A stretch of 64,000 nt of DNA from Candidatus Poribacteria bacterium (GCA_965197475.1 CBDANF010000003.1:3744001-3808000), one strand, 5' to 3'. Counted from the first letter of the stretch, positions 1-12,563 are shown. The notes: generated by a model not told the origin, from the sequence alone. Program-made: numbers and translations.

Positions 1-2
1 CT

Positions 3-3000
3 GAATAGGTCAAGTGCTTCCAACACTGTCATCTGTAATACTTCGGCAATGTTTTTGCCCTTGTAACGAACTTCAAGTGTTTCAGCATTATACCCTGTGC
101 TGTTACAGTTCTCGCAAGGTATCCATACGTCAGGAAGGAAGTGCATCTCCACGCGATTAAAACGGTGCCCATCACATACTTCGCACTGCCCGTAAGAAAG
201 GTTAAAACTGAAGCGTCCGCGGTTAAATCCGCGAAGTTTAGCATCCGGTAACTCGGCAAACATTTCACGAATTTTGGTGAATAGATCAGTATAGGTTGCA
301 GGATTTGAACGAGGTGTCTCACCAATCGGTTTCTGATCAACGTGGATAACCCGTTCGATTGAACTTGTTCCTTGGATACTATCGTACTTGGCTGTTCCAT
401 ACGGATTGTTTGTTTGTTCGCTTCCTTTTCTGATGGAGCGTCGAGTTTCCAAAGCCGGTCTTAGTGTGCCTTCAATAAGTGAACTCTTTCCGCACCCTGA
501 AACACCTGTAACGCATGTGAGTGTTCCATACGGGATTTCAATGTCTATGTTTTTAAGGTTGTTTGTCTTCGCACCGAACAACTTCAGCCATTTTCCTGAG
601 CCTTTGCGCCGAACAGCTGGCACAGGGATTTGCATCTCATTAGAGAGATAGGCTTGTGTCACCCCCTTAACTTGAGTGTTAAGTGTTGTTTCACCTGAGT
701 CCCCTGCAGTCTTTGTAAGTGTTGGGGAGGGATAGGATATAGGTTCCGAATCGGTAAAGGCAGTAGGCGAACCGGTAGCGACTATTTCACCCCCCTGCTT
801 ACCCGCTTTAGGACCGAAATCAATGATATGGTCTGCGGCTAAAATAGTATCCCGATCGTGTTCAACCACAAGCACGCTATTGCCAATATCGCGTAAATCC
901 TTCATCGCTAAAATCAACCGTTCTTGATCGCGTGGGTGCAAACCGATACTCGGTTCATCAAGGATGTAAGTTACGCCAGTGAGTCCAGTGCCAAGTTGGC
1001 TCGCGAGACGTATTCTGCGGATTTCTCCGCCAGAGAGCGTTGGGGCAGGTCTGTCCAATCCAAGATATCCGAGTCCGATGTCCTCTAAGAAATTGAGACG
1101 AATCTGAATTTGACGTAGCAGCTGCGCTTCAAACTCAGGCGAAGTATGGGCGTGGAGTGTAGGATGCGTTGCTCTTGAGGTAGATACATCCCTTACCTGC
1201 TCTCTGGCTGCTATTGCTGCTTGCGCACCCGCGCTTGTTGTGAGGTGTTTTTCTATTGCTTTCACGCGCGTGCCGAAAAATTTTATGATCTCCGAAATTG
1301 ACATCGCCATCAATTCAGCAATGGTTTTATCAGAGAATTTGACGTTACGGGGGAATTCATCCAACCGAGTACCCTGGCAGGCTGTACATATTTTATGTCT
1401 TACCGAATCAGATCCACCGAGACCATCACAGTAGCCGCATGCCCCTAACTTATTGTTAAATGAGAAGTGTCGAGGAGTCAGCTGCGGAAAATTCCGACCG
1501 CATTTTGAACACATCGCATGTTCACTGAAGAAATATCTGTTTGGTTTCCCACTATCTTTTTTCTCCTCTATAATAACAAAGCCTTCACTTTCTATCAGTG
1601 CTAATTCTACTGCTTCTGTGAAACGGCTCTTTTCGTCATCAGCAAGTTGAACGCGGTCAATAACAAGAAAGACTTCATGGCGACGCCGTTTGTGGATTTC
1701 TGGTGTTTCATCAAGTCGACAAATCTCACCGTCAATTTGGACACGCGCGAAACCTCTTTTTTGCAACCTGCGAAACGCATCGGCATAGTCCTCATTCCCT
1801 TTCAAGCCTGGGGTACGGTCCGCATCTATTACCACTTCAAAATCAGTCATTCGAGAAAGGTTATCAGAGATTTTCTGTATATTTTGAATACGAAAATTTG
1901 TAAGTGGTGACAAAATATCTACTCTCTTTTCTGGTACGAGTTGGTAAACATGCTCAACTATTTCCTGTGCGGTCTGAGGGCGGACCTCTATTTGGCAATC
2001 AGGGCAGTGCGGTTGCCCCCATCTTGCATAAAGGGTTCGTAGACCTTCATGGATTTCGGTAATCGTTGCCACTGTGGAGCGCGGGTTTTGGCTGGGACTT
2101 GAATGCGATATTGCAATCGCTGGCGACAACCCTTCAATCTTTGAGACTTTAGGCTTTTCCATAGTTCCAATAAATTGGCGAGCATAAGTGCTAAGCGTCT
2201 CAATATAACGACGTTGTCCTTCAGCATAAATGGTATCAAGCGCAAGCGATGTTTTGCCAGACCCGCTAACGCCAGTAAATGCGGTTAACCGTTGATGCGG
2301 AATTTCAATATCAATGCTTTTCAGATTGTTTTCTTGCGCACCACGTACGAGAATGGATTTAGAGGTTACAGTGTCCGTTTCATCAAGAACGGGCTGCGGC
2401 ACGATACCGTTTTCTGTGATATTGTGTTTTGTGTCTAAGGACTTCCAGAGATCGAATTCACCATGGAGGGCTTGCCCCGTATAGGATTCTGGTATATCTT
2501 TAACCTCTTCAGGCGTGCCTATAGCGACAATTTCACCGCCACCGATACCACCTTCAGGACCTAAGTCAATAAGATAATCCGCTGAATTGACTACCTCAAG
2601 ATTGTGTTCAACCACGACCACAGTGTTACCATCGTCAACCAAGCGATGGAGAATGGTCAAAAGTTTGTTTACATCGTCAAAGTGTAGACCAGTTGTGGGT
2701 TCATCAAGTATGTAGAGCGTTTTGCCAGTGCTTCGTTTAGAAAGTTCCTTTGAGAGTTTAATCCGTTGTGCTTCACCACCGGAAAGCGTAGGCGCAGGTT
2801 GTCCAAGTTTGATATATTCCAAACCAACATCGTGAAGTAATTGTAATCCTCTCGCAATTTTGGGGAGATCGGAGAAATGGGCAAGGGCAGTTTCAATATC
2901 CATTTCAAGCACATCGGAAATACTTTTCTCTTTATATTTAATGGTGAGCGTTTCGTTGTTATAACGTTTTCCGTTACACACATCGCATTCTACCCAAACG

Positions 3001-5333
3001 TCTGCAAGCAATCCCATGTCAACTTTTTTAGCACCATTGCCGGTGCATGCTTCACATCTTCCACCGGGAACGTTGAAACTAAATCGTCCCGGTTTATATC
3101 CGCGTAGTTTGGCATCAGGCAAGTTCGTATAGAAGGCTCGGATTGCATCAAATACCTTTGTATAGGTTGCGGGATTAGAGCGGGGTGTCCGTCCGATGGG
3201 TGCCATGTTAATGTTAATAATTTTATCAATGACATCGGGAACGGGGACGGTTTCGTCTTCAATGATACCTTGAATTCTGTCGTAGTCACCTGGCACAGTT
3301 TTCGCCTTCATTAGGTCTCGTGCAAGTGCGCTGTAGAGAATATCATGGATGAGCGAACTTTTTCCTGAACCGCTCACACCTGTCACACAGCACAAAGTAC
3401 CAACTGGGATTTTAGGACTAATCTCTTTTAGGTTGTTTTGACGCGCGTTGCAGATTTGCACCCACCGATCGCCTATAGATCGTCGCGACTCAGGGTGCAC
3501 AATCTCTTTTTCACCTCGTAGATATTCGCCTGTAAGAGAGTCGCACTCTTTTATGAATTGGTCAGGTGTTCCCATACCGGTAATCTGCCCGCCTTTTATA
3601 CCAGCACCCGGTCCAAAATCAACTAACCAATCGGCAACTAACATAGTCGCTTCATCGTGTTCAACGACGATAACAGTATTGCCTTGATCACGGAGGTTTA
3701 AAAGTGTTTTCAGCAAGCCGGCATGGTCACGAGGATGTAATCCGATGCTTGGTTCATCAAGCACATAAGTCACATCGCGAAGTCCAGCACCGACCTGGCT
3801 TGCCAAGCGGATTCGTTGTGCTTCGCCACCGGACAGTGTCGGCGCGGAACGCGACAAGGTGAGATATCCTAATCCAACGTCCATGAGAAAACCCATGCGT
3901 GATCGGATCTCTTTTAACAGTTCTGACGCGATGAAAGCCTCGCGATCCGGAAGTTCAACAGTATTGAAAAAGGTTGTTGCGTCCTGAATTGACATATCAA
4001 GGACATTAGTGATGTTCATTCCATCTATGGTGGTGGCTTTAACCCCTTCTTTCAAGCGAGTTCCATCACATGCCTGGCACGGCATCTTGACAAAATAATC
4101 GGGAAGGTTAGAGTCTCCATCTTCGTTAACGTCTAACCAGAGAAATCGTTGCTCATGTGCAGGAATCAGTCCTTGAAATCTGCCGCGAAACTTTTTCCGC
4201 CGCCGCCTGCTATCTCTTGAAGGCTGGTAAAAAGTGAGCACAGTGTCACCAGTGCCATATAGGATGGCATGCTGCTGCTCATGTGTCAAATCCTTCCAAG
4301 CGGTTTTTAAACTGAACTTAAGATGTGATGCAAGGGTACGGAGGACAATTTTCTCTTCAGGCCCCGGTTTTTCCCACAAAAGTATCGCGCCTTCAAGGAC
4401 AGGTAGCGTTTCATCTACGATGATTAGCCGTGGAGAAATTGCCATTTGCAGACCTAATCCTCGACAATGCTCACACATACCGTAAGGACTGTTAAAGGAA
4501 AAGTGGCGAGGTTCAGGCACATCGTAACTAATTTGGCAGTTTGTGCAGGCATACTGTCTACTAAATAGGAGATCTTCGCCATTCGAAGCCGTTCGTGAGG
4601 TATCACTATCTGAAGACACAACATTCACAATTAGACTATCATCTCCAATTGTAAGCGCAGTTTCTACGGCATCAGCAACGCGACTATGTATATCGTCTTT
4701 AATAATGATTCTATCGACGACAATATCAATGTTGTGGGTTTGATTCGGGTTGAGCGAGATGTCTGAACTGATTTCGTGTACTTCACCATCAATTCGAGCG
4801 CGAACAAAGCCCATCTTGCGAGCGTCTGATAACTCTTTACGATATTCTCCGCGCCTACCTCTCACGATAGGTGCTAAAATCATGAGGCGTGTACGAGGGG
4901 GGAAACTGATTATCCGTGTAACGATGTCGGCGATCGTTTGTGAACCTACCTCTTGTCCACATTCAAGGCAGTTGAATTGTCCTGCGCGGGCAAATAAAAC
5001 GCGAAGGTAATCGTATATTTCGGTTACGGTCGCAACCGTTGAGCGGGGGTTATGTCCTGTGGAACCTTGGTCAATGGCAATTGATGGTGACAAACCGACT
5101 ATCTTATCAACTTCGGCTTTACCGAGTTGTCCCAAAAATTGTCGTGCATAAGCGGAGAGCGATTCTATATATCGCCTTTGTCCTTCGGCATACACGGTAT
5201 CAATAGCAAGTGAGGATTTGCCTGAACCACTGACCCCAGTGAAAACAATCAACTTATCTTTCGGTAATTGGATATCAATATTTTTTAGGTTATGTTCTCT
5301 TGCGCCGTGTATGTCAATTGACGCTTCTGCCAT
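3..5333 (-). CDS. uvrA: Excinuclease ABC subunit A, double-length (two UvrA modules fused); 3' end outside window
   Basis: Manual translation from ATG at 5333: [18 protein letters not shown]...[34 protein letters not shown], second ABC half with LDEPTTGLH. An in-frame linker (~2470-2360) leads to a second start motif [19 protein letters not shown]...[13 protein letters not shown], then [12 protein letters not shown] and [12 protein letters not shown]. No stop seen in the stretches read; absence from the ORF track fits an ORF running off the edge. Confidence 0.95.
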   Translation of the reverse strand, partial: MAEASIDIHGAREHNLKNIDIQLPKDKLIVFTGVSGSGKSSLAIDTVYAEGQRRYIESLSAYARQFLGQLGKAEVDKIVGLSPSIAIDQGSTGHNPRSTVATVTEIYDYLRVLFARAGQFNCLECGQEVGSQTIADIVTRIISFPPRTRLMILAPIVRGRRGEYRKELSDARKMGFVRARIDGEVHEISSDISLNPNQTHNIDIVVDRIIIKDDIHSRVADAVETALTIGDDSLIVNVVSSDSDTSRTASNGEDLLFSRQYACTNCQISYDVPEPRHFSFNSPYGMCEHCRGLGLQMAISPRLIIVDETLPVLEGAILLWEKPGPEEKIVLRTLASHLKFSLKTAWKDLTHEQQHAILYGTGDTVLTFYQPSRDSRRRRKKFRGRFQGLIPAHEQRFLWLDVNEDGDSNLPDYFVKMPCQACDGTRLKEGVKATTIDGMNITNVLDMSIQDATTFFNTVELPDREAFIASELLKEIRSRMGFLMDVGLGYLTLSRSAPTLSGGEAQRIRLASQVGAGLRDVTYVLDEPSIGLHPRDHAGLLKTLLNLRDQGNTVIVVEHDEATMLVADWLVDFGPGAGIKGGQITGMGTPDQFIKECDSLTGEYLRGEKEIVHPESRRSIGDRWVQICNARQNNLKEISPKIPVGTLCCVTGVSGSGKSSLIHDILYSALARDLMKAKTVPGDYDRIQGIIEDETVPVPDVIDKIININMAPIGRTPRSNPATYTKVFDAIRAFYTNLPDAKLRGYKPGRFSFNVPGGRCEACTGNGAKKVDMGLLADVWVECDVCNGKRYNNETLTIKYKEKSISDVLEMDIETALAHFSDLPKIARGLQLLHDVGLEYIKLGQPAPTLSGGEAQRIKLSKELSKRSTGKTLYILDEPTTGLHFDDVNKLLTILHRLVDDGNTVVVVEHNLEVVNSADYLIDLGPEGGIGGGEIVAIGTPEEVKDIPESYTGQALHGEFDLWKSLDTKHNITENGIVPQPVLDETDTVTSKSILVRGAQENNLKSIDIEIPHQRLTAFTGVSGSGKTSLALDTIYAEGQRRYIETLSTYARQFIGTMEKPKVSKIEGLSPAIAISHSSPSQNPRSTVATITEIHEGLRTLYARWGQPHCPDCQIEVRPQTAQEIVEHVYQLVPEKRVDILSPLTNFRIQNIQKISDNLSRMTDFEVVIDADRTPGLKGNEDYADAFRRLQKRGFARVQIDGEICRLDETPEIHKRRRHEVFLVIDRVQLADDEKSRFTEAVELALIESEGFVIIEEKKDSGKPNRYFFSEHAMCSKCGRNFPQLTPRHFSFNNKLGACGYCDGLGGSDSVRHKICTACQGTRLDEFPRNVKFSDKTIAELMAMSISEIIKFFGTRVKAIEKHLTTSAGAQAAIAAREQVRDVSTSRATHPTLHAHTSPEFEAQLLRQIQIRLNFLEDIGLGYLGLDRPAPTLSGGEIRRIRLASQLGTGLTGVTYILDEPSIGLHPRDQERLILAMKDLRDIGNSVLVVEHDRDTILAADHIIDFGPKAGKQGGEIVATGSPTAFTDSEPISYPSPTLTKTAGDSGETTLNTQVKGVTQAYLSNEMQIPVPAVRRKGSGKWLKLFGAKTNNLKNIDIEIPYGTLTCVTGVSGCGKSSLIEGTLRPALETRRSIRKGSEQTNNPYGTAKYDSIQGTSSIERVIHVDQKPIGETPRSNPATYTDLFTKIREMFAELPDAKLRGFNRGRFSFNLSYGQCEVCDGHRFNRVEMHFLPDVWIPCENCNSTGYNAETLEVRYKGKNIAEVLQMTVLEALDLF

Positions 5334-5398
5334 AGCATTATTCCTCTTTTAATAGTTGTCGGTTATCGGTAGACTATCCGCTTTTTAACCTTCATCTG

Positions 5399-6352
5399 CT
5401 ATAAATCTAAAAACCCACCTAATTCTCTGAGTTTACGCACGTCTCTACGCCAATCCGATTTGACAGTCACGTATAATTCTAAAAAGACAGAGGTATCCAA
5501 GAACTTCTCTATATCAAGACGTGCCAATTCGCCAACGCGTTTAATCAACTTCCCGCCTTTACCAATAATTATCTGCTTTTGTGACTGCCTTTCAGTGTAA
5601 ACAATTGCTCGGATATAAATGATTTCTTCCGAGTTGCGGCGTTGCCTTTTCTCAAATTCCTCTATCACAACAGCAGATGCATAAGGGACTTCACGTTGCG
5701 TGATAAGCATTATTTTCTCTCTGATTGTTTCGGAGATGAAAAATCGTTCCGGTAGATCGCTGAGTTGATCTTCCGGGAAATAGCGCGGTCCTGGCAGCAA
5801 ATAGGACTCGGTTTGCTCCAGCAGAAGCGGCACACCATCAGCAGTTTGGGCAGAGATCGGTATCATTGCACCAAATTCAAACTTTTCACTGTAATTGTCG
5901 AAAAGAGGTAATAGGGTCGGTTTGGCAACCAGGTCTATCTTGTTTAGAACGAGAATTGTTTTGGCAACTTTGATGCGGCGAAGTCGTTCTATAATCTTGT
6001 CTTCAATCTCTTTAATAGGGTGTGCAACATCAATAACGAAAAGAATTACGTCCGCATCGCGTAAAGCCCCATAAGCAGTTCGCACCATCTCAGATTGCAA
6101 GCGGTACTTCGGATCCATCAGTCCTGGCGTATCAACAAAAACCATCTGATGTGTGTCGGTGGTAACAATCCCGCGAATCTGATTGCGAGTTGTTTGCGGT
6201 TTGGGGGTGACTATCGCTAATTTCTGTCCTAAGATGGTATTAAGCAGGGTTGATTTTCCAACGTTGGGTGCACCGATGATACTTACGTATCCAGACCTGA
6301 AGTTTTCATCTTCGGGCAAGTTTTCCGAACCTTGATATGTAACTTCTGACAT
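5399..6352 (-). CDS. era: GTPase Era
   Basis: GAPNVGKS, PQTTR, DTPG and NKID GTPase motifs; C-terminal KH domain (IIGKGG). Confidence 0.97.
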   Translation of the reverse strand: MSEVTYQGSENLPEDENFRSGYVSIIGAPNVGKSTLLNTILGQKLAIVTPKPQTTRNQIRGIVTTDTHQMVFVDTPGLMDPKYRLQSEMVRTAYGALRDADVILFVIDVAHPIKEIEDKIIERLRRIKVAKTILVLNKIDLVAKPTLLPLFDNYSEKFEFGAMIPISAQTADGVPLLLEQTESYLLPGPRYFPEDQLSDLPERFFISETIREKIMLITQREVPYASAVVIEEFEKRQRRNSEEIIYIRAIVYTERQSQKQIIIGKGGKLIKRVGELARLDIEKFLDTSVFLELYVTVKSDWRRDVRKLRELGGFLDL

Positions 6353-6438
6353 GTGTTGACCTAATACTTGAATAATATGTGTGGTATGAAAAAATAAACG
6401 ACATAAACTTAATTACCACGGTGTTGTGTTTTTGTACC

Positions 6439-6672
6439 TTAACTATTCTTTGAGAAATCTCGTTTACAAGAAAGACATTTTGGAATATTTGTAATTATCC
6501 TCAAACCGCATCCTGGACAGAATCGCCCTGGGTAGAACAAATGTCTACGGTATCTTCTGCCAAATCTGTCTATTTCGGTATAGTTGGAATTTGGAAAAAC
6601 CACTATAAACAATAGTATAATGAAAACAACAAGAAATCCGAAGAAAATACTGAAACCAGAAAGAGGATCCAT
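6439..6672 (-). CDS. Small membrane protein with C-terminal zinc ribbon
   Basis: N-terminal hydrophobic helix; CPGC-x9-CLSC; AAGGAG RBS upstream. Confidence 0.6.
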   Translation of the reverse strand: MDPLSGFSIFFGFLVVFIILLFIVVFPNSNYTEIDRFGRRYRRHLFYPGRFCPGCGLRIITNIPKCLSCKRDFSKNS

Positions 6673-6803
6673 TTTTTTACTCCTTCAACAATAATTATCA
6701 TAAAATATGGATAGTGTTGCGAATTTCAAAGCTTGATTCAATACAGAATAAATTGCTTCTTAATCATTATAATAATTTAGTCCAAAACTAAAGTGTCTTT
6801 TCT

Positions 6804-6826
6804 GTAGGAGCGACCCTCCTGGTCGC
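6804..6826 (+). repeat. GTAG-type REP-like hairpin
   Basis: gtag-ga-gcgacc-ctcct-ggtcgc. Confidence 0.55.
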
Positions 6827-6866
6827 GACTTCATAAAAAACGTGAACACCACGCCTGCGTTGTTTC

Positions 6867-7667
6867 CTAAGCAGTTTTAGCTAAATCTTCCACGCTCAAC
6901 GCGTCTTCACCGAATACGCTTCTAAAGGTTGAACCGTGACGGGATCGCGTTTCGCCATGCATGTAGCAGACACTAAAAGCCCGTCGTGGAATATCCGTTT
7001 GGTTTGTACCTGAACTGTGAAGCATCCAATTATGTAGCAAAACCACCTCTCCTGCTTTCAATTCCAGAGGATGCGGTGTAGAATTTTCAACAATGTCGTC
7101 AATCTGTTCTTGTGTCAGAAATCCAGAACCGTGTGAAGGATTAATAAGGCTGCTGTGTGAACCGGGAATAATGTGCATACATCCATTCTCTATCGTTGCT
7201 GGGTCCAAGGCGGTATAAATGGTAATCTGCGGGTCACGGTCAAGGTCTGTCCATCTATCTTGATGCCAAACGAGATAGGTGCCTTCGCGTGCAGGCTTAT
7301 TCATAAACATTGCTCGGAAACATAAAATTGGAACGTCATCCCCATAGATTTTCGCACACGCTTCCTTGAAGGTAGGGTTCTGGAGATACGATAAAAAATA
7401 CGGATCAAATTCAAGATTCTGAATTTTCCGATACAACAACGTTGCCCCCTTATGTCCTGCAGACTGAGGGCCGGGGGCGTTTGTTCCGGGTGCTCTGTCA
7501 AGCTGCATCATGATTTGGTTATAATCAAGGGGTGCCTTACCCAGCATGATGTCATCCATGCGTTGCTGTAAATCAGCTAATTCATCATCAGTGGCAACCT
7601 GACCGATGCGAACGTAACCGTATTCCGAAAAATGCTCCCACTGTTCATCTGTTATCAGCTGTTCCAT
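6867..7667 (-). CDS. Phytanoyl-CoA dioxygenase (PhyH) family Fe(II)/2OG dioxygenase
   Basis: WHQD, ALDPATIENGCM, GEVVLLH..LHSS..N..D..RR motifs. Confidence 0.9.
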   Translation of the reverse strand: MEQLITDEQWEHFSEYGYVRIGQVATDDELADLQQRMDDIMLGKAPLDYNQIMMQLDRAPGTNAPGPQSAGHKGATLLYRKIQNLEFDPYFLSYLQNPTFKEACAKIYGDDVPILCFRAMFMNKPAREGTYLVWHQDRWTDLDRDPQITIYTALDPATIENGCMHIIPGSHSSLINPSHGSGFLTQEQIDDIVENSTPHPLELKAGEVVLLHNWMLHSSGTNQTDIPRRAFSVCYMHGETRSRHGSTFRSVFGEDALSVEDLAKTA

Positions 7668-7839
7668 TCATTGCCTCCATCCATGTGAACATATCGGGTT
7701 ATAAAATCTTTTTTATTGAAGTGTTCGTCTTTTAAAGTATAGCATGTAAGTATAACATAATTGCCAACAAAATTGAAAAATATTATTGAGTTACAACATA
7801 AAAAGTTAAAATAGATTAATTTTCAATATTTGAAAATAA

Positions 7840-7869
7840 TGCAACATTTTATAACCTAAAGTGCGTCTA
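7840..7869 (+). promoter_or_regulatory. Putative ECF-type promoter TGCAAC-N17-GCGTCTA
   Basis: Matches the general ECF AAC / CGTC consensus and recurs upstream of paralogous ECF genes. Confidence 0.7.
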
Positions 7870-7906
7870 ATTAATCAAGTGAATGTAAAAACTCCGGAGG
7901 ATTCCC

Positions 7907-10876
7907 ATGAAAAAGAAGGATGCTGAGATGATTCAGCGTACATTAGACGGTGACCAATCGGCATTCACCGCTTTAGTAGAAAAATACCAAAAGGGTGTGC
8001 ACGCACTCGCATGGCAGAAAATTGGCGATTTCCATATTGCCCAGGAGATTACACAAGACGCTTTTCTCCGAGCATACCAGAAACTCGGGACATTGAAGAA
8101 CCATAACCTGTTTTCTGGATGGCTCTATGTTATTGCCACACGCTTGTGTTGTGAATGGCTCCGTAAGAAACGTCTACCCATGCAATCCTTAGAAACCGTT
8201 GATAACAATGAGGTGGACCAAGTGGCATATACACAATACATGGAAGAACAGCGAGAGGCAGATGCCGACGAAAATCGGCGTGAACTGGTTAGAGATTTGC
8301 TCAAAAAATTACCAGAGAGTGAACGCACAGTGATGACACTTCACTATCTTGGTGAAATGACGTGTGAATCGATTGGCGAATTCCTTGGTGTATCTTCAAA
8401 TACCATTAGGAGTCGTCTGAGTCGCGCACGTAATAGATTAAAGAAGGAGGAAAATATGATAAAAGAAAACCTTAGCAGTTTCCAACTCCCGACACAAATG
8501 ACAGAAAACATTATGAAGGAAATTTCACGATTTAATCCAGTAGCACCTTCAGGTAGTAAACCGTTGGTACCATTGGCTGTTTCTGCTGTCTCTGCTGTTT
8601 TTGTTTTATTACTGATGGGAATTGGGGCACAAAACCTATACCGCTTTCAGAAACCGTATAGCTTAAACGCACAATCAGAACCGATGATTGAAATATCAGA
8701 AGCACAACTTGTCATTGATTCTCCAGCAAGACCTGCTGTTAGAAATCATGTCGGACATTCGGATATAACAGGTAAGAGCAACGGTGAAGGTCAGAAACCC
8801 GATGATCCGCTATTCGCTGCAGCAAATGCAGATGGAACTGAAGTATCAAAGTCGAAATCACAGTGGGTACAAACAAAAGGACCAGAAGGCGGTGCAGTAT
8901 CCACCCTCTTCAAAACAACGCGTGGGAACATATACGCCGGTGCCGAGCACGGTCTCTACAGACTCACAGATGATGGACAGGCGTGGAAATTTATTAGCAA
9001 AATCAAGGGACCTTCACGCTCTACAAAAGCAACAAGAAGGATGTGGTGGCCCGTCGTAGAACGTCAGGATATTCTCTACCTTGCGACCAATAAAGAGATA
9101 TTAGCTTCTTCAGATAGAGGCGAAAATTGGGAAACACTCTGTAAGTGTCCAGAAGGTCAACTTGTCGGCATGGTGATAACTGATGGGAACCAAGGCTCGC
9201 GAAGCAACATAGTTGTTTATTTAGCTTATACTAACGGAATATATCGCACGGTTGATTTTGGTAAATCATGGATTCCGCTCTCAGGGAGGGTAACAGACAG
9301 GAAAATTCGCGCAATAGCTGCCATTGAAAATACTGTCTTTGCTGGTACCGATAAGGGGCTTTTTCGTTTCAATAATGAAATATGGGAACATTTACCCATC
9401 AGTCAAGAGGATAGATCTGGCAAAACAACTGATTCAATTTTTGCATTAACAACCTCAGACAATAGGTTATACGTCTCAGCAAAGAAGAAGAATGCAGCAA
9501 TAAATCGTAACCAGACACATCAACAAATTGAAATAAAGACATCATCAGGCGACCTTGATCGGATAGAAGTAACTGATAATACGGGCGATTCTCAACTACC
9601 TAATGATTTTGCTATTTATCGTTCAATTGACCTCGGCGAGTCGTGGGATTCTATTACTCCGAAATTAGATGGTGACTTGAAAAAAGATAGTTATACGGTT
9701 GATGTTCCATCTTTATTGACCAACAAGGATGGCATCATAAACCCATTACTATTAAATATAACAGAGATCACTGCATCCGGGAAAAAGGTAATAGTGATGA
9801 CGAGTAAAGCAGAATATTATTCAGGTGATGCAGGTGAAAATTGGACACGCATAGAACATCCTGACAATGTAGCGTATGCTTCAGATACAGCACTGTTGAA
9901 TGGGAACACTTTCTATAGAGGCGGAACACAAGGAATTCAGCGTTCTACTGATGCGGGCAAATCATGGCATCAATTTAATACCGGACTTGTGAATACAAAT
10001 GTCAAACATTTAAATGTTATAAACGGGGTACTCTTTGCTAACACAGAAACAGGGTTTGTCAATTCTACTGATAGAGGTGAATCGTGGACTCCAGTTCTCG
10101 GACATATAGGCCACCTCACACATATTGTAGAATTCGACGATGAACTCTATGTAAGAGCTTATGCAAAAGGAACATCCAGATACTTGCGATTATCTTCTGA
10201 AGACAATAGTCTCAAAAGTATATCTGAAATACCCAGTTTAAAATTTATGAAAGATAACAAGTCGATTGAAATTGTGATAGACGAAAATAGAATTCGCATG
10301 AAACCATCTCTCGGAAGTTTTGCTGTTACAGACACTGCTTACTACGTGAAATATAATGACAAACTTTTCAGATGGAGTATTGGCACTCTGAATTGGTACG
10401 ACATTGGAGTAACGGATATGGATAAATTTGCCGTTTCAGGTGAAACTGTTTACGTTGGTAAGCAGAATGGACATCTGCTGCAATCGTTTGATGAGGGAAA
10501 CACTTGGAACGATATGAGTACTGTCATTGCAAATTTACCGTTTACTGTTGAAAGTTTCAATACAATTACGTTTGCTGGTGAAACTGTCTATGTAGCAACC
10601 GACAAAGGTGTTATTCGTTCAAGTTATGGTACTGATTGGCACATTCTCACCGACGTAGAGGGAACACCTCTCGTCGTAGACAGGTTTGCAGTGGATGGTA
10701 CAACGGTATTCGGTCATGCTGGGCAAAAGGTGTATCAGGTTAAAGAAGATTCGGATACATGGGAGCAGATCAAGCGAGAAATCCCATATCCTGTTAACTG
10801 TTTTGATGTGGATGGGAATATGCTTTATGTTGGAACAAGCGGACGAGGTGTGCTCAGCTTCACGCTTGACGAGTAG
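7907..10876 (+). CDS. Membrane-anchored ECF sigma factor fused to BNR/Asp-box beta-propeller
   Basis: sigma2 (AQEITQDAFL..FSGWLY), sigma4 (LPESER..TIRSRLSRAR), TM LVPLAVSAVSAVFVLLLMGIGA, repeated S-x-D-x-G-x-x-W Asp boxes; GGAGG RBS. Confidence 0.92.
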   Translation: MKKKDAEMIQRTLDGDQSAFTALVEKYQKGVHALAWQKIGDFHIAQEITQDAFLRAYQKLGTLKNHNLFSGWLYVIATRLCCEWLRKKRLPMQSLETVDNNEVDQVAYTQYMEEQREADADENRRELVRDLLKKLPESERTVMTLHYLGEMTCESIGEFLGVSSNTIRSRLSRARNRLKKEENMIKENLSSFQLPTQMTENIMKEISRFNPVAPSGSKPLVPLAVSAVSAVFVLLLMGIGAQNLYRFQKPYSLNAQSEPMIEISEAQLVIDSPARPAVRNHVGHSDITGKSNGEGQKPDDPLFAAANADGTEVSKSKSQWVQTKGPEGGAVSTLFKTTRGNIYAGAEHGLYRLTDDGQAWKFISKIKGPSRSTKATRRMWWPVVERQDILYLATNKEILASSDRGENWETLCKCPEGQLVGMVITDGNQGSRSNIVVYLAYTNGIYRTVDFGKSWIPLSGRVTDRKIRAIAAIENTVFAGTDKGLFRFNNEIWEHLPISQEDRSGKTTDSIFALTTSDNRLYVSAKKKNAAINRNQTHQQIEIKTSSGDLDRIEVTDNTGDSQLPNDFAIYRSIDLGESWDSITPKLDGDLKKDSYTVDVPSLLTNKDGIINPLLLNITEITASGKKVIVMTSKAEYYSGDAGENWTRIEHPDNVAYASDTALLNGNTFYRGGTQGIQRSTDAGKSWHQFNTGLVNTNVKHLNVINGVLFANTETGFVNSTDRGESWTPVLGHIGHLTHIVEFDDELYVRAYAKGTSRYLRLSSEDNSLKSISEIPSLKFMKDNKSIEIVIDENRIRMKPSLGSFAVTDTAYYVKYNDKLFRWSIGTLNWYDIGVTDMDKFAVSGETVYVGKQNGHLLQSFDEGNTWNDMSTVIANLPFTVESFNTITFAGETVYVATDKGVIRSSYGTDWHILTDVEGTPLVVDRFAVDGTTVFGHAGQKVYQVKEDSDTWEQIKREIPYPVNCFDVDGNMLYVGTSGRGVLSFTLDE

Positions 10877-10910
10877 TTTTACCTAATCACCTAACCTTCT
10901 TTATTTGAAA

Positions 10911-11004
10911 GAAAAAACAGTTTGTTTTACTTTTCCGGACAATAGGTAGGAGTGCTTACTGACAAGTACACCTCATAAGTTAGGTAGAACTCGTGAAACC
11001 TAAC
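10911..11004 (+). repeat. Dispersed composite repeat, similar to 12651-12760
   Basis: Shared aaaaaacagttt..tacttttcc.gaca ... tagaactcg.gaaacc.aaca. Confidence 0.6.
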
Positions 11005-11151
11005 AAATTCGGTAATCCACATAAAGTTGTCGCTGAAAATGAATTGAAACCTTAATTCACAAAATCTATTTTGCAGGTATATATTAAATTCACAGATGAC
11101 TGTGTAGTTTTTATATATAACGTGAGTCGTGAGTTCGGTATAAGCAATTTT

Positions 11152-11212
11152 TTGTAGAGCAAACTTTTAGTTTGCGTTCCACGGGCGCATAAACTAAAAG
11201 TTTGTGCTACAA
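11152..11212. repeat. Palindromic REP doublet
   Basis: tgtag.gcaaacttttagtttg ... aaactaaaagtttgtgctaca; second copy at 54367-54427. Confidence 0.75.
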
Positions 11213-11648
11213 CACACTCGGTAAATCTGGTTTCCTAAACACACCGAATCAAAGTGTCCAAGTAATTCTAAAATTCACTATATTAGCGAAATGCATCATT
11301 TGCAATTTCCGTTCTTAAGTAATACGCAATTAACGCGATTTGTAGCGCGAGGTCTCCGTGCCTCGCAATGCTAACCGCTATTAGAAAACTTCTAATCCCG
11401 TTAATTTGGTATAAGTTGTTGATAGTCTAACAAAATAGAAACTAAATAGGAAAGAATATCCATTTTAATACCCAATCATTATACAATTTTGTAATACAGA
11501 AAAGGGACTCTCTTTTCTGCTTTGGTCTCTAAAATATAATAAATTCCCAAACATAGTATAATTTTACTATAGTACGAACAATTTTATTCTGTCAGGACTT
11601 CCGTTCTGATCAGGTAAAGAAAGTTAAATACAAATTGGAGGATAAACA

Positions 11649-12563
11649 ATGTTGAATTATTTTCGGTCAATTTCCGCTTTACTGCTTATATTTTGTTTAG
11701 GTGTAACGCTACTCGCTAACGAACAAGCAACCTACTATTTTCCGGATAAACTCGGTAGTTCTTGGGTTTATGTAGATCAAGATGGAAATGAACTCACTCG
11801 GTACGCTATTGAGGAAAAAGATGTTGAAGGTGAGACATTTCGTGCCTTTAGTTATGAACCCGCAATTGAAGATTGGGAAAATTATGATTGGATTATACAT
11901 CCCTTCCTATATCAAGTCAATGAAAATTGGATTTCATTTTATGCCGGTAGTGATATAGAAGATGTGATCAAATCGCGCATGAGTGAAAATATGCAGGAAA
12001 CACAGGAGCAATTACAGGAGCAGTTGAACCAACAAGAGATTGTCGATCAACTCCCACCTGGAGTCACCATTGATTTGGATTATACCGTTGATCCCACAGC
12101 ACAAGATCATTTCTATCTTTTGCTAACACCTGCTACTTTTAATGAAGAATGGATTGCTATGGAATATCAATATAAATTGGATATGTCTCTTAGTATTCAG
12201 GTTGATCTGCACACAACCGAAGATCACCCTATCAATTCATCCTCGGTTAAAGTTGTACAAACCGGAAAAGTTATTGGAACAGAAACCGTTGAAACTGAAG
12301 CAGGAACTTTTAAAGACTGCTTAAAAATTGAGTATCGTACTGTTGAAACTACTACAAGCACAAAACTTCCTGCAGAGCAATCTCAACCTCTTCTTGAACA
12401 AGAAGCCAACGAAGAACAAGAAGTTGACGAATCAATTAAAACATTGTGGCTAGCCCCAAACGTGGGAATCGTCAAATTCAAGAATGAAGATGAGGATATA
12501 GCTCTTGAATTAAAAAGTTATGAAATCAAATCTGATAACTCGGAAAACGAGGAGAACAAATAA
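11649..12563 (+). CDS. Secreted acidic hypothetical protein
   Basis: Signal peptide; ETVETEAGTFKDCLKI...LWLAPNVGIVK, resembling DUF3108-like beta-sheet proteins; GGAGG RBS. Confidence 0.75.
   Translation: MLNYFRSISALLLIFCLGVTLLANEQATYYFPDKLGSSWVYVDQDGNELTRYAIEEKDVEGETFRAFSYEPAIEDWENYDWIIHPFLYQVNENWISFYAGSDIEDVIKSRMSENMQETQEQLQEQLNQQEIVDQLPPGVTIDLDYTVDPTAQDHFYLLLTPATFNEEWIAMEYQYKLDMSLSIQVDLHTTEDHPINSSSVKVVQTGKVIGTETVETEAGTFKDCLKIEYRTVETTTSTKLPAEQSQPLLEQEANEEQEVDESIKTLWLAPNVGIVKFKNEDEDIALELKSYEIKSDNSENEENK

Noticed and set aside
29-5010. Many short ORFs in the track
   Set aside because: Shadow or alternative frames of the long minus-strand uvrA
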